Part shown: positions 21,217 to 32,308 of the stretch, piece after piece | How positions within the stretch are numbered: position 1 is the stretch's first letter | Layout: every line of letters begins with the position of its first letter | Assembly (NCBI GenBank): GCA_001275005.1 | Contig: JWZX01003073.1 | Span: 1-64,000 of the forward strand | DNA length: 64,000 nucleotides | Reading direction: 5' to 3' | Source: Chrysochromulina tobinii | Lineage: Eukaryota | Made by a program: the position numbers and the translations under genes | Notes under the pieces: model-generated | The model's database searches: none | Told to the model about the DNA's origin: nothing | What the model saw: the letters and a program-made list of their open reading frames with translations, nothing else

Positions 21217-24169
21217 TCACAGCCAGGGCCCATCCTTGGCGCGACCCCAGTGCAGCTCCATGGCCTTGCGGCTGCGGAAAGCAGCCCAGTGGCGGAGCAT
21301 GGCTCGGTCCAGCGTGGCCGCGGAAAGAGGATCGACGTGCCCGCTCACCTGCGAGGTGGGTGGCGGCGGCATCCCGGTCGGCTGCCAGCGCGTCGCGAGC
21401 TCCTCGTAAAAGTTCGGCGGCGCCTCGAGCGGCTGCCGCCGGAAGCGAAGCCAGCCGTCCGCCGCCGCATCCTTCTCGCCTACCTGCCAGCGCAGCAGCG
21501 CCAGATTGAAATTGGGCGCCAATTCGGTGGGCGCGAGCCGCACGCACTGTAGGAGCTCCTCCTCCGCCTCGCCGAAGCGATCCATGCACGTGAGAAGGCA
21601 CGCGCGGTTGTTGCGCCGCCGAAGCTCGGTGCGACGCAAATCCGCGTCGGTTGCTGCCGAGGCCTTTGGCGGGGGCGCAGTCGGCGCGTGGGCGGCGGCC
21701 GGCGTGTGGGCGACCGCCGGCGCGTGGCTGGTGTCGAACCCGGTCGTCACACGCGCCGTCACACGCGGCGTCTCGAGCGCCGACTCGATGGCCGAGAGGG
21801 CCTGCGCGGGCTCAAACTCACACAGGAGCGCATCGGCGACGAGGTCGGAGAGAGCAGCCGAGTGCCGCACGCCGTAGATGTGCAGCAGCTCGAGCAGCGC
21901 GTGCGCTTGCCCATCGCAGAGCATCGCGAGAGCCAGCTGGCGCAGCAGCGCCGTCTCAGACACGCGCAGAAACGCGAGCAAGGGCGAGAGCGCGCGCGAC
22001 TGCTCGAGGACCGCGCGCAGCTCGCGCACGCACTCGGACCAGCCGCCGCATATGAGCCACGCGCGACCGTACAGGTAGCGCGCCGCCAGAGGCGTGAGCA
22101 CCCGCCGTGGCTCATGCAGCAGCAGCACAGCCGTCGGCGATCTTCCCACAGGCGACCTTCCCGAGGCGCTCCCCTCGGCGCTCGTGGATGCGCTCACCAC
22201 GGCGCTCAACGAGGCAGTAGCGGCACTCACGGCGACGCATGAGGCGGGCGGATCGCCACTGGCTCCCTCAAAGTCTGCCTCGCGCAGGAACTCTGCCACC
22301 CGTCGCGCCGCGTGACGCTGTGCGGCGGAGGCCGCCGTGTGCGCGGCCGCGCTGTCATAGTGTGCGAGTAGGTTGTACAGAAGCCACGCGCCGACAGCAC
22401 CTGTGGGGAGAGAGGAGAGGGCGCCGTGGTAAGCACTTGCATGCACCGACGGAGGTTGTACAGAAGCCACGCGCCGACCGCACCGTCCGAGCCCCCAAGA
22501 CTGATCGCGCGCTGCAGCGCCTCGAGCGCTTCCATCGGCTCGCCGCAGCTCGCGTGCACCACGGCGCACGTGGTTGCATGCACAGGGTCTTCGACGAGCG
22601 CTCGCGACGGCGCGTCCAGCAGCGCGGCGCGTGCATCGGCTGCACGTCCGAGAAGCAGCAGCAGCGCCGATCGCGCGCGGTCGCACTGGCAAGCGAGCAC
22701 GAAGTCGTTGGCGGCGGTGGCGGTGCTGGCGGCGATGGCGGCGACGGCAGCAGCGCCGCCGATTGAAGCAGCGGGCTCGATGGCGGGGATGGCGGCGGCG
22801 GCGGCGGCGGCGGCGGCAGCGGCGGAATGGGAATGAAGGGCGACGCGACCGATGCAGTGAGCATGCACGTACACGGCCCACGCCAGTGCCTTCATCCTCT
22901 CGTCCACGCGAGGCACGTTGGGTGCAGCGGGTAGATCCACAGTCAGAGCTACCGGTACAAGCACTGCGTCGTCAGCTCGAGTCCTCGCAGCATCCGTCAC
23001 CGCACCAGGCAAGCACGCGCCGCTCAGGCACAGCGCTCGGCACAACGCGTCGATGCCCGCGCTCGGCCCCCCGCCTGCGAGGACGAGCAGGGCGGCCGTG
23101 CCCCCGCAGATCCACAGCGTCGGCTGCCAGCTGTTGAGGCCCTCGCGCCGTCTCGGGCGCTTGGAGGAGCGCACGGCGGCGGGCGGAGGATGGGCCACCA
23201 CCGACGGCAGCCCCGCGACGGTCCGTGCGCGCTTGGCTGGAGGCGGGAACACCGTCTCTGTAACCACCGTCCCTGGCTCCGGCGCGAGGAGAAGCACTTC
23301 GTCGACATCCTCCTCGACGTCCTCGTCAACATCGACGTCATCGTGGCTCTCATCCTCCAGACGAGTGGCGCCGTGCCCGTGGCCGCTGGCACCGGACGCT
23401 TCCCTTCGGTCTGGGTGCATGCACTGGTTGCATGCATCGTTGGCACCGGACGCTTCCCATCGCTCTGCGGCGCGGCCGAGCTCGGCAAGGGTGCGCGCAA
23501 TCTCGTCTGGGAGAGATTGCGAGCCCCCGAGCGCGGCCGGTGGCGGCGACGACGTTGCTGTGCCCGCCTCGGCACCCAGCTCGGCGAGCGCGCATCGAAG
23601 CGCCGCGAGCAGCGTCTGCAACGCTTCAGTCGGGTCGTGAAGGGTCCGTGTGGACGACGAGGAGGTTGAGAGGCTTCCCGCAACTCCGACCGCCAGCCGG
23701 AGCAGCGCAACGGCGGGCGGTTGGTCTTTCGACGATGGTGGGGCGGCGGCGGAGGCCGAGCCCATGGTGGTGGCGCGATGGCGACAGAAGTCACGGAGCT
23801 GCCGTAGAAGCGAGCGGCGCGAGGAGGCAAGGCTTTCGGCCGTCGCGGTTCCGCATCGCACCGATCCGAGCAGCGCTGCGTGGCCAAAGTAGATCTCGCG
23901 CCACTGCACGAGCCTGGCCCTCGCGCCACGAGGCAAGTTGCGCACGCTTTCGAGGCCGAGGCGCGCATGCCGAACAACCTCGTCCCAGCGGCCCAGGGCG
24001 GCATACGCCTCGCACGCATGGGCGTGCACGGCGACGGCGAGGCGCACTGCCGCTGGCGTGCCAACCTCGGGAAGCGCGAGCTTGTGGCTGAGTGCTGGGT
24101 CGGGCGGCAGGAGCAGGAGTGGCGAGTCGCTCGGCGGCGGCGGCGGAGGCGGCGGCTGCGGCTGCTGCG

Positions 24170-24243
<74 letters not shown>

Positions 24244-24332
24244 ACAGCGATGACCAGGCGTGCGAGGGTCAGGTGGTGGCCCAGGGCGGCATGGTGGCGA
24301 AGGGACGAGACAATGTGACGCTCTTCGGCCAT
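21217..24332 (-). CDS. Helical/TPR-repeat protein with N-terminal polyQ-polyP; intron 22401-22483
   Basis: ORFs 22227-24332 and 21217-22881 join in frame via a GT..AG intron (GSD|GAVGAWLLYNLLAHY). TPR-like NNRACLLTCMDRFGEAEEELLQCVRLAP..PNFNLALL. Confidence 0.75.
24171..24242 (-). repeat. (CAG)n tract encoding 24 Gln, followed by polyPro
   Basis: ctg repeats on + strand with one ttg interruption. Confidence 0.95.
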
Positions 24333-24643
24333 CGAGTCGGGAGGGCTCTCGGCGCTCGCTCCGCTCGGCGCCGCCCCACGGGAGACAAGTCAAGTCAAGA
24401 CAAGCAAATCCCAAACGCGACGGTCGTAAGCGTGAATGTGAATAGCGGGACACACAGAACGCACTCGACTCTCTGGCGGAGGGGATCAGGCAAAAAACGC
24501 CGTCATGAGTGGACCAGTGCATGTTTCGGCTTCCGCAACGGGACGTTCAACAAATCGTCCCCCAGGAGTCATGACGTCTACAAGTAGGGCATTGACCGCC
24601 CCCGAGGCCCCGATGCCCGTTCACGTCTCGTTTCGAGACCTCC

Positions 24644-27109
24644 ATGCCCCCCGATGTCCCCGAGAACGCCGAGACGGACGTCGCTTGGCGAGAGGTGGCA
24701 CGCCGCACTCGCATGATCGCCGCACAGTGGAAGCGGCTCTACATCGCTGAGCAGTCAGCAGCCGCCGAGGCCAAGGCGGCAGCCCTTCAACAAAAGGAGC
24801 TGCGCAAGAAGGTGGAGCAGGACCTGAATATTGCACTGCGGCAGAGCGAGGCGGCGGCGCAATCGCTGAAAGCGGCAGTATTCGAGAAGAAACAGTGGCA
24901 GGATCGCAGTACAGCTCAGCAGTTCTCCGCAACGTACTTGGAGCTCGATGCGACTCGTACGCGGCTGTATGAGACGGAGGCGTCGCTGAAATCGACCCAG
25001 CGGGCGTTTGAGGCGTTGCAGCGCCAGTACGATGAGTATCTTGGGCAGAGCACTGGGGCGCTTAAGAGCCAAAGTGCGGCAGCGCGCGCGGCCATCGAGA
25101 GCACTGAGCGCCACTTGGAGGATGTCCTCGAGGCCAAGCGGCGCACCGAGGATGATCTGATCGCGGCCCGCATTAAGATCGGCGAGCTGCTGTCAAAGTA
25201 CCCGGAGGGGGCGCTCGAAGGCGCGCACCAGAGGGTGCACGAGACCAAGACCTATTGCGAGGCGCTCGAGCGCACAATCCTGACGCTCCAGGCTGAGAAC
25301 GCGCGCTGGAAGGACCGCGCGCGTGGCGCCCTGGCCTCCGAGCGGCTGATGCAGCTCAAGGGCGGGATGGTCCCGCCGGGCTTGATCGCGCAGCCGTCCG
25401 CGCTCGACACGAAGGATCGCGTCTCGCTCGGCTTGGAGCCCGGGGACGACCCGAACGACCCCGTGAAGCTGCGCTTAGAGCTGCGCCGATGGCGTGAGCT
25501 GGCAGAGTATGAGACTCGTCGCGTCAAGGCGTTCCAACGAATCCTGTGGGACTCCGATGTGCTGCTCGGAGAGAAGCGCTTCACGCAGGCGCACAAGCTG
25601 CAGGTGATGGAATGGCTTCGCATGCAATTGGAGGACCTTGAGGCTTTCGAACCGCCCAAGGCAGCAGTCCCACCCAAGAAGCCGCTCGGAACGGCGCGGG
25701 GCAGCGCCTCGGCACGGCGCGCCAAGTATGGCAACGGTCCCGGAGGTGATGGCTCTGGAGGCAACGGCTCCGGAGGCTTGAACAGCGACGATGCGGCGCG
25801 GCTGGCCGAGCTGCGCAGGCGGCAGGCGGCTGGGCAGCTTACGAACGCGGAGCGGTTGGAGATGGAGGCCCTTCAGCGCAAGCAACAAGGGGGTGCCGGA
25901 GGCAACGGCTCTGGAGGCAACGGCTCCGGAGGCTTGAACAGCGACGATGCGGCGCGGCTGGCCGAGCTGCGCAGGCGGCAGGCGGCTGGGCAGCTTACGG
26001 ATGCGGAGCGGTTGGAGATGGAGGCCCTTCAGCGCAAGCAACAAGCGGCGCGGCTGGCCGAGCTGCGCAAGCGGCAGGCGGCCGGGCAGCTCACGGACGC
26101 GGAGCGGTTGGAGATGGAGGCCCTTCAGCGCAAGCAACAAGGGATCTACGGTGCAAACGGCAACGGCTCTGGAGGCAACGGCTCCGGAGGCTTGAACAGC
26201 GACGATGCGGCGCGGCTGGCCGAGCCGCGCAGGCGGCAGGCGGCTGGGCAGCTTACGGACGCGGAGCGGTTGGAGATGGAGGCCCTTCAGCGCAAGGGCG
26301 GCTCATGGGGCAAAGTTCGCGGCGTTGTGCAGGCTAGCGCACGCTTCAGGATGAGTCCTTTTGGCGAGACCAAGTGGCGACGCGAGGACCAGTCCTCTTG
26401 GAGACGAATCCCAGGGCCCCTCGCGACGTTCCTTCAGAGCTTCGACTGCGCGGAGAAGGACAACGAGGAGCATGCGAGAATGCGCCAGGTTCTCTTTGAT
26501 CGGTTCGATGCGAACCATAACGGTTACATTTCGCTCGCCGAGTGCGGCGCCGGCATTCTGATCACTTTGGGGGGGCACTGCAAGACTTTTGGCCAGGGGG
26601 CCATGGCCACAAAGCTGTACCATCGCTTCTATAAATCGTACATCTGGGCCTTCAGCGATGCACGCGACAGCTCGGACGCGCGCGGAGGCAAAGGCAAAGC
26701 GGGGCTCGATGACGACGATTACGTGACCAGGCCCGAATTCCGGCTGCTCATCTCATACCTCCGCATCTACGCGACGTGGTACGAGGTGTTTGCAAACCTG
26801 ATCGACAACAGCACCAACGAACTGGTGGCTCAGGGCAAGGTGAAGCGCGACACGCTCGACGAGAAGCCGATCGAAACGGACAACCGCATCCAGCGCGACG
26901 AGTGGGAGAAGGCGCTGCCCATGACGCGCGCCGCAGGCGAAACGTGGGCGCCGTTCATCAACCTACGCAACGCCTCGGCTGCGGACTTCGACGTCATCGA
27001 CAAGAACCGTGGCGGCCACATCTCCTTCCCAGAGTTTTGCGAGTGGCTCGAGGCGGCCGAGATCGAGGCGGGCACGCCGTTTGGCCTCGACCTCGGCGTT
27101 GGCGAGTAA
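24644..27109 (+). CDS. Coiled-coil + internal repeats + calflagin-like (flagellar calcium-binding) EF-hand domain
   Basis: C-terminal LFDRFDANHNGYISLAEC, DYVTRPEFRLLISYLRIY, FDVIDKNRGGHISFPEFCEW resemble flagellar Ca-binding proteins; N-terminal coiled coil. Confidence 0.8.
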   Translation: MPPDVPENAETDVAWREVARRTRMIAAQWKRLYIAEQSAAAEAKAAALQQKELRKKVEQDLNIALRQSEAAAQSLKAAVFEKKQWQDRSTAQQFSATYLELDATRTRLYETEASLKSTQRAFEALQRQYDEYLGQSTGALKSQSAAARAAIESTERHLEDVLEAKRRTEDDLIAARIKIGELLSKYPEGALEGAHQRVHETKTYCEALERTILTLQAENARWKDRARGALASERLMQLKGGMVPPGLIAQPSALDTKDRVSLGLEPGDDPNDPVKLRLELRRWRELAEYETRRVKAFQRILWDSDVLLGEKRFTQAHKLQVMEWLRMQLEDLEAFEPPKAAVPPKKPLGTARGSASARRAKYGNGPGGDGSGGNGSGGLNSDDAARLAELRRRQAAGQLTNAERLEMEALQRKQQGGAGGNGSGGNGSGGLNSDDAARLAELRRRQAAGQLTDAERLEMEALQRKQQAARLAELRKRQAAGQLTDAERLEMEALQRKQQGIYGANGNGSGGNGSGGLNSDDAARLAEPRRRQAAGQLTDAERLEMEALQRKGGSWGKVRGVVQASARFRMSPFGETKWRREDQSSWRRIPGPLATFLQSFDCAEKDNEEHARMRQVLFDRFDANHNGYISLAECGAGILITLGGHCKTFGQGAMATKLYHRFYKSYIWAFSDARDSSDARGGKGKAGLDDDDYVTRPEFRLLISYLRIYATWYEVFANLIDNSTNELVAQGKVKRDTLDEKPIETDNRIQRDEWEKALPMTRAAGETWAPFINLRNASAADFDVIDKNRGGHISFPEFCEWLEAAEIEAGTPFGLDLGVGE
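25745..26297 (+). repeat. Four near-identical coding repeats (AARLAELRRRQAAGQLTDAERLEMEALQRK), three preceded by GNGSGG linkers
   Basis: Direct DNA repeats gcggcgcggctggccgag...gagatggaggcccttcagcgcaag at ~25793, ~25949, ~26046 and ~26207. Confidence 0.95.
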
Positions 27110-27547
27110 AGATCGTAAGATGGCGCTTGGGTTTCGCTTGCCCGTTCCGTTCGGTGCTTCGATCCCGCCCGTCGGCGCGCGCGCGGGCCGCGAATTTAAA
27201 ACATGACGCTTCAACGTTCCGTTGCCTTCCGGTCGGGACTCGGGTTGTCGGAGGGTTCACTTAAAATTTCGATCTATATATTCGTTAGTATTACGGAGTC
27301 TATAGACTATACGCGCAACGACCTGCACGCAGGTCGCAGCACGGGATTGTCCGCACGGCATCGCCATCGGGTACCATCACGCACGTCACCGCACAGTCGT
27401 CGTACATGCATCGCCCTTGTCGGGCGTCAACAGCGCGAGACGTCAGACCGCCGAGTCAGGCACGCCGCCCATCGCTCCGGACACACGCAGGCTCACACGG
27501 GGGCCCGTTCTGTGTGGTGGCTCTGCTGGTCCCACAGCCTGGTCGGC

Positions 27548-29137
27548 TCACACGGAGTCGTGCTTGCCCGCAAGGCCCTTGAGCATGGATTGCACCGCGG
27601 GTACTGCTGCCCACAGCGATGCAGCGATGCCCGTCAGGCCGTAGCCGAGTGCCGCAAAGGGGAGCGCGGCGGGCTCGGTTGCGGCCAGCGCGGCCGTGCC
27701 GAACCCGTGGCAAGAGGCGGCGGTGGCGAGGCCTCGAACTAGGGGGTCGACGAAGCCGCCGAGAGTGAGCAGCCGTTGGCAGAGGACGGCCCCGACGAGG
27801 CCGGTGACGAGGACGGAGGCGGCACAGATGGGGATGTTGCTCTCGGGCGTGCCGAGCTGCTGTGCAATAGGCATCGCAAGCGCCACCGTCACGGAACGTG
27901 GAACGAGCGCAAGGGTCAGATCCGGTGTGAGCCCCAGAGCGCGCGCCGCCGAGGCGGTGACGAGCATGGAGAGGAGCGAGGAGATGGCGGCGCAGCCAAC
28001 AATCTCCGCGGCATGGCGCACGAGCAGCGCGCGTTGCCCATAGATATGGAACCCAAACGTGAGAACGACCACGCCTAGGAAGCTCATGAGGACGTCTCCG
28101 GAGCCCTTTGGCTTGCCATCCTTGCCCTTGGTCAGGTAGGTCTTGAGCGTCGTGTAGTAGCCCTCGCCGGTCAGCTGGCCCGCGCACGCGACGCCGATGG
28201 TCGCGCACACGGCGGTAGCCACCACAGGGTGTGGCATCAGCGGGGCCAGTAGAGCAGGAGGGATGGAGCCGAAGATGAGGCCTCCGACAGTCCAGGCGAG
28301 CAGATGAAGCTGCTGGGCATAGAAGCCGAGGTCGGAGCCGGGCGTGGCTTGCGAGAGCGCGGCGGCCGAGCCGAGCGCGACGGCCGCGCACGTCACGAGA
28401 TGCAGCATCGTAAACGGCGCCGGCTTTGGCACCGGCGACACCGGCAGCAGCGCCACAGAAGCGAGTCTACGGATGCCGAGCACGATGACACCTGCCGAGA
28501 AGAGAGAAAAGGGCATGCCGAGCCCCAAGACGATGCCAATCTTGCTCAGCTCCGAGCTCGAGAGCGCCTCAACGGCGAGCGGAAGGACGACGAGCGCGGG
28601 TACGTAGAAGAGCGGCAAGTAGCGTCCTACCCACTTGAGCGCTGGAGCCGCCGCCGCCACGATGCTCTCGGCTGCGGCAAGGTTGCCGCTTGCGCTCAGC
28701 CCCCAGAGACCGCCGAGGATGCCGAACATGCCTAGGAGCGACGGCGGGAACTTGATGTCCGCGGCGGCCATGCCCTTGGTCAGCACGTTGTTGAGCGTGT
28801 AGAGGACCCCGACTGCCACGCCGAAGTGTAGCCAATCCTTCGCAACGAGGAGTGGCTCGGCGACGGTGGGAGACGCAACCGCACCGGCTGCTGCGCCAGC
28901 TGCCACTCCAGTCGCTTCCGACCCTGCCTTGGATGCTGCTGTGCCCTCCGCAGAGGCTGGCGTGGGCTTCGTGCAGAGTTGTCGTCGCTGACAGCCGTGA
29001 TGGATCCGACAGCTCTTCAATGAGCTCGATGGCTGAGATATAGCGAGTCGTTGTTGAAGCGGCATATGGCACGAAGCCTCACGTGTGATTTTCGCCAAGC
29101 CGGCGGTGAACGGGCGTCGCTGCACGCCTCGCAGCAT
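27548..29137 (-). CDS. LrgA/LrgB-fusion transporter (PLGG1-like glycolate/glycerate translocator)
   Basis: IKFPPSLLGMF, LPLFYVPALVVLPL, LVPRSVTVALAMPIA, RGLATAASCHGFGTAAL match plant/algal LrgB (PLGG1) proteins; N-terminal organelle-targeting-like extension. Confidence 0.9.
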   Translation of the reverse strand: MLRGVQRRPFTAGLAKITREASCHMPLQQRLAISQPSSSLKSCRIHHGCQRRQLCTKPTPASAEGTAASKAGSEATGVAAGAAAGAVASPTVAEPLLVAKDWLHFGVAVGVLYTLNNVLTKGMAAADIKFPPSLLGMFGILGGLWGLSASGNLAAAESIVAAAAPALKWVGRYLPLFYVPALVVLPLAVEALSSSELSKIGIVLGLGMPFSLFSAGVIVLGIRRLASVALLPVSPVPKPAPFTMLHLVTCAAVALGSAAALSQATPGSDLGFYAQQLHLLAWTVGGLIFGSIPPALLAPLMPHPVVATAVCATIGVACAGQLTGEGYYTTLKTYLTKGKDGKPKGSGDVLMSFLGVVVLTFGFHIYGQRALLVRHAAEIVGCAAISSLLSMLVTASAARALGLTPDLTLALVPRSVTVALAMPIAQQLGTPESNIPICAASVLVTGLVGAVLCQRLLTLGGFVDPLVRGLATAASCHGFGTAALAATEPAALPFAALGYGLTGIAASLWAAVPAVQSMLKGLAGKHDSV

Positions 29138-29214
29138 TTTTAACGCCGGGAATCCTCTGTCCCTTTTGCGAGCAGCAGCCTAAAATATTATATGATCTCG
29201 CCGGTCGAGATCAT

Positions 29215-29263
29215 GAGTGAGTGAGTCTGTGAGTGAGTGAGTGAGTGAGTGAGTGAGTGAGTG
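29215..29263. repeat. (GAGT)n microsatellite
   Basis: About 11 gagt units with one interruption (gtct), upstream of the LrgB start. Confidence 0.9.
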
Positions 29264-29585
29264 GGCCGATTTCCCTCGAGTGCCCGCCGGGATTCGCTCA
29301 GCGGCTCGCCTCGCCACCGCACGAGGGCCTCAACGCTCACGCGAGGAGAGCGGTGTGCCCACGTGTGTAGCGCGCGCGCGCATGCCGCCACCACGCCGAG
29401 CACCACTTTTATGTACAGGCAAGTGAACATCATTGGTCCGCGCCACTGATGATGCTCTCTGGTGTTCACACAGCTTCACAGATCACACGCTTACTGTGTT
29501 GATCGTGTCGTAGACGTAGTGTACCGGTGTAACTTACTGACTGACGGACCAGCAATCGCCCCAATTATCGTTTGTTGTTTGGTTC

Positions 29586-29615
29586 TTGACTTGACTTGAC
29601 TTGACCTGACATGAC
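29586..29615 (+). promoter_or_regulatory. (TTGAC)n pentamer array ~55 bp upstream of ATG (longest example of a recurrent motif)
   Basis: ttgac x4 + ctgac + atgac. Similar sense-strand arrays at 1120, 7605(-), 24386(-), 35319, 36317 and 62543/62578. Confidence 0.65.
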
Positions 29616-29668
29616 TTGTGAATGAAGGTGAAGTCGAAGAACTGTCACAAGCCAGGAGGCATCTCGTA

Positions 29669-30936
29669 ATGCGTCGCTCCTCCCTCCTCGTAGCGCTGCT
29701 GCCACTGGCGGCGGACGCCTTCCTCGCGACCGCGCCGCTCAGGCGATCGCTCACGGTTCAGCACAAAGTCGGCACTCCGCCGGTCGTGTCGCTGAGCTCT
29801 CCTCGCACCACGACTTTGACTATGGGCGTTGCTCAGTTTGTCGCGGCGCCACTCGCATTAGCCAATCGCGGCATGCTCGGTATGCGCGCGTCACTATCTG
29901 CCCAGATAGCTGCATGTGTCGGAGCTGCGGCTATCGTCGGCATCTCACTCATTCGACTCGCGCTGCCTCCACTGCTCGTTGCGCAGGAGCCGTCTGCGCC
30001 GTGGTTGCCCTGGCCTTTGCGTGGCTCGCGCGCGTGCTCAACACGCCCTCACGCGTGTACGACAAGGAGGCGAACTCGGTCGGCCGAGAGTACGACGCTT
30101 GGACCTCCGAGGGCATCCTCGAGTATTATTGGGGCGAGCACATTCACCTGGGCTACTACGGCGAGAAGGAGCGCAAGGGTCCGTTTTACGGCGGCAAGGA
30201 CTTTATCGAGGCCAAGTACGACTTCATCGACAAGATGCTCGAGTTCTCGCAGGCGCAGGCGCCCCTGAAGGTGCTCGACGTGGGCTGCGGAATCGGCGGC
30301 ACCAGCCGGTACATTGCCAAAAAGTTTCCGAAGGCGACGGTCACCGGCATCACCATCTCGCCTGAGCAGCAACGGCGCGCGACGGCGCTGGCCGCAGAGC
30401 GGGGCGTGAGCAACGCGAAGTTCGAGGTGTGCGACGCGCTGGACATGACGTACGAGGACAACACCTTCGACCTCGTCTGGGCGTGTGAGTCCGGCGAGCA
30501 CATGCCCGATAAGGTCAAGTACGTAGAGGAGATGGCCCGCGTGCTCAAGCCTGGCGGTCGAATCGTCATCGCCACGTGGTGCCAGCGCGAGGAGGGCGAT
30601 AAGCCGTTCACGCCCAAGGAGCGCGATACGCTCGACTACCTGTACGGCGAGTGGACACATCCGTACTTCATCTCGATCGAGGAGTACGGGCGCATCATGC
30701 AACGCACCGGCAAGCTGCAGAAGATCGTGACGGCCGACTGGGCCACTGAGACGATCCCGGCATGGCGTCACTCGGTCTGGGTCGGGGTGTGGGACCCGTG
30801 GCCGGTCATTCGTCGGCCGAAGCTGTGGTGGAAGGTCATCCGCGACGCGTGGTGCCTCGAGATCATGCACCGCGCCTTCACCAACGGCCTGATGCAGTAC
30901 GGCATGATGACTGCCACCAAGCCGGCCACCAATTGA
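29669..30936 (+). CDS. Cyanobacterial-type MPBQ/MSBQ (tocopherol/plastoquinone pathway) methyltransferase with bipartite plastid-targeting leader; intron 29880-29986
   Basis: Signal peptide MRRSSLLVALLPLAADA-F; YDAWTSEGILEYYWGEHIHLGYY, VLDVGCGIGG, FDLVWACESGEHMPDK, RVLKPGGRIVIATWCQR. GT..AG intron joins the two ORFs in frame. Confidence 0.88.
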
Positions 30937-31480
30937 GGCGCCGCGCATCGGCCGGGCGAGCTCTCGGTGATCCTACGGTGATCCCAGTTGCGCGAAGTGT
31001 TGCCGGAGTGCGCACAGCGAAGCGGACGCGTGTGCGACGCGCAGCGTGTCGAGACGCCGCCATCCGCCATGGCGCCGCGGTCCGCGGACCGGATTCAAGA
31101 CCTGACGGGTCACGCCGCGAGGCGCGACGGTGCCGGCCGCCGCGGCCCGTGCCCCGCGGCCGCGTCGGGGGGACCTCCGGATCGAGGGAACCACGCGCCG
31201 TAATGTACGTTGTTTCTCCACCCGGGTTGTTAATCACTTGTTCTCCGCCACGTGCCATGTGAGATGTGTGCCGCAACACCGGGCTCGAGCATGCGGGCTT
31301 TTTTAATGATTCCTAATTCACACGTACGTAAGGGGACGCTCCGAGTGTGTAGGCATCCCATAGTTATCATATGAACGACAGTTCACACATGCGCTCGCAG
31401 ACGAAGGGGTGACCCCGCCGGCACGCACGGATACCAAGCTAGATCTGGTACTGTGCTTGCAGGCAGGCCGCCAGGTAATT

Positions 31481-32047
31481 TTAGATCTTGGAGCCGGCGT
31501 CATCGTAGCACTTCGTCCACAAGCGGTCCAAGGCGCCGTCCGCCTCGCCCATGGAGCGGATGAAGCCGCACAGCGCCATCGTGGTGAACTCACCGGTGTA
31601 CACGCCATCAGCGTTGACGTGGCCAATGTTGATCTGAATGCTGGCCTTGTCCTTGGCCTCGATCAGGCGGTTGGTCGCAGAGCTGCGAGCACGAGGGGCA
31701 AGCACGCAGGCGATTAGGCAAAGGGCTGCCATGGCGGGCGACGCATTGCAGCGTGGCCTGCCGATGGCTGCTCCCGTGCGCGCGGGGGACGGGTCAGCTC
31801 CCGTCCAGTGAGCTCTCACGCCTGGATCGAGGGAGACCGCTCAGGCATCCCGTGACTGATCCATCTCGCTCCTCAGTTAGTGCGCAGAGAGGCAGCCTCT
31901 CAGGCAAGGTCTCTGCCGAGTGCCGCTCACAGCCCGCAGACCACAGCCGGCCGCCCCAGTCGTGCGCCAGAGGCTGGCTGCTCACCACTTGCGCGGGATG
32001 TACAAATCGATGTTGACACCCTCCGAGTTGTGCGTGCCCGCAGGCAT
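31481..32047 (-). CDS. RPS21: 40S ribosomal protein eS21; intron 31683-31985
   Basis: Exon 1 [20 protein letters not shown] + exon 2 [59 protein letters not shown] junction restores the TGC codon. Confidence 0.95.
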
Positions 32048-32308
32048 GTTAGGGTTGACGGCACCGTGGTTGGGCATGGCTCCGAGCGGCGGCGACGTGT
32101 GGTTCTTGCTTTCACAGCGAAAGGTCAACTTCCTGACCCTTGAACCACCTATGAAAACATTCACTTCGTCCTCCATTCTAACAGTTTTCAGTTGTACCGC
32201 TCAACGACAAGGTGCTCGCATTTTTCAACATGGATTCGCTTCGCGCGAGCGGGGTAGTCAAGCGCCCCGGCTTCGCCACTTCATGAAGCAGAGAGCGAGA
32301 TCGAATTC

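Noticed and set aside
31683..31985. Possible snoRNA in the long RPS21 intron
   Set aside because: No C box (RTGATGA) on the sense strand and no convincing H/ACA layout seen.
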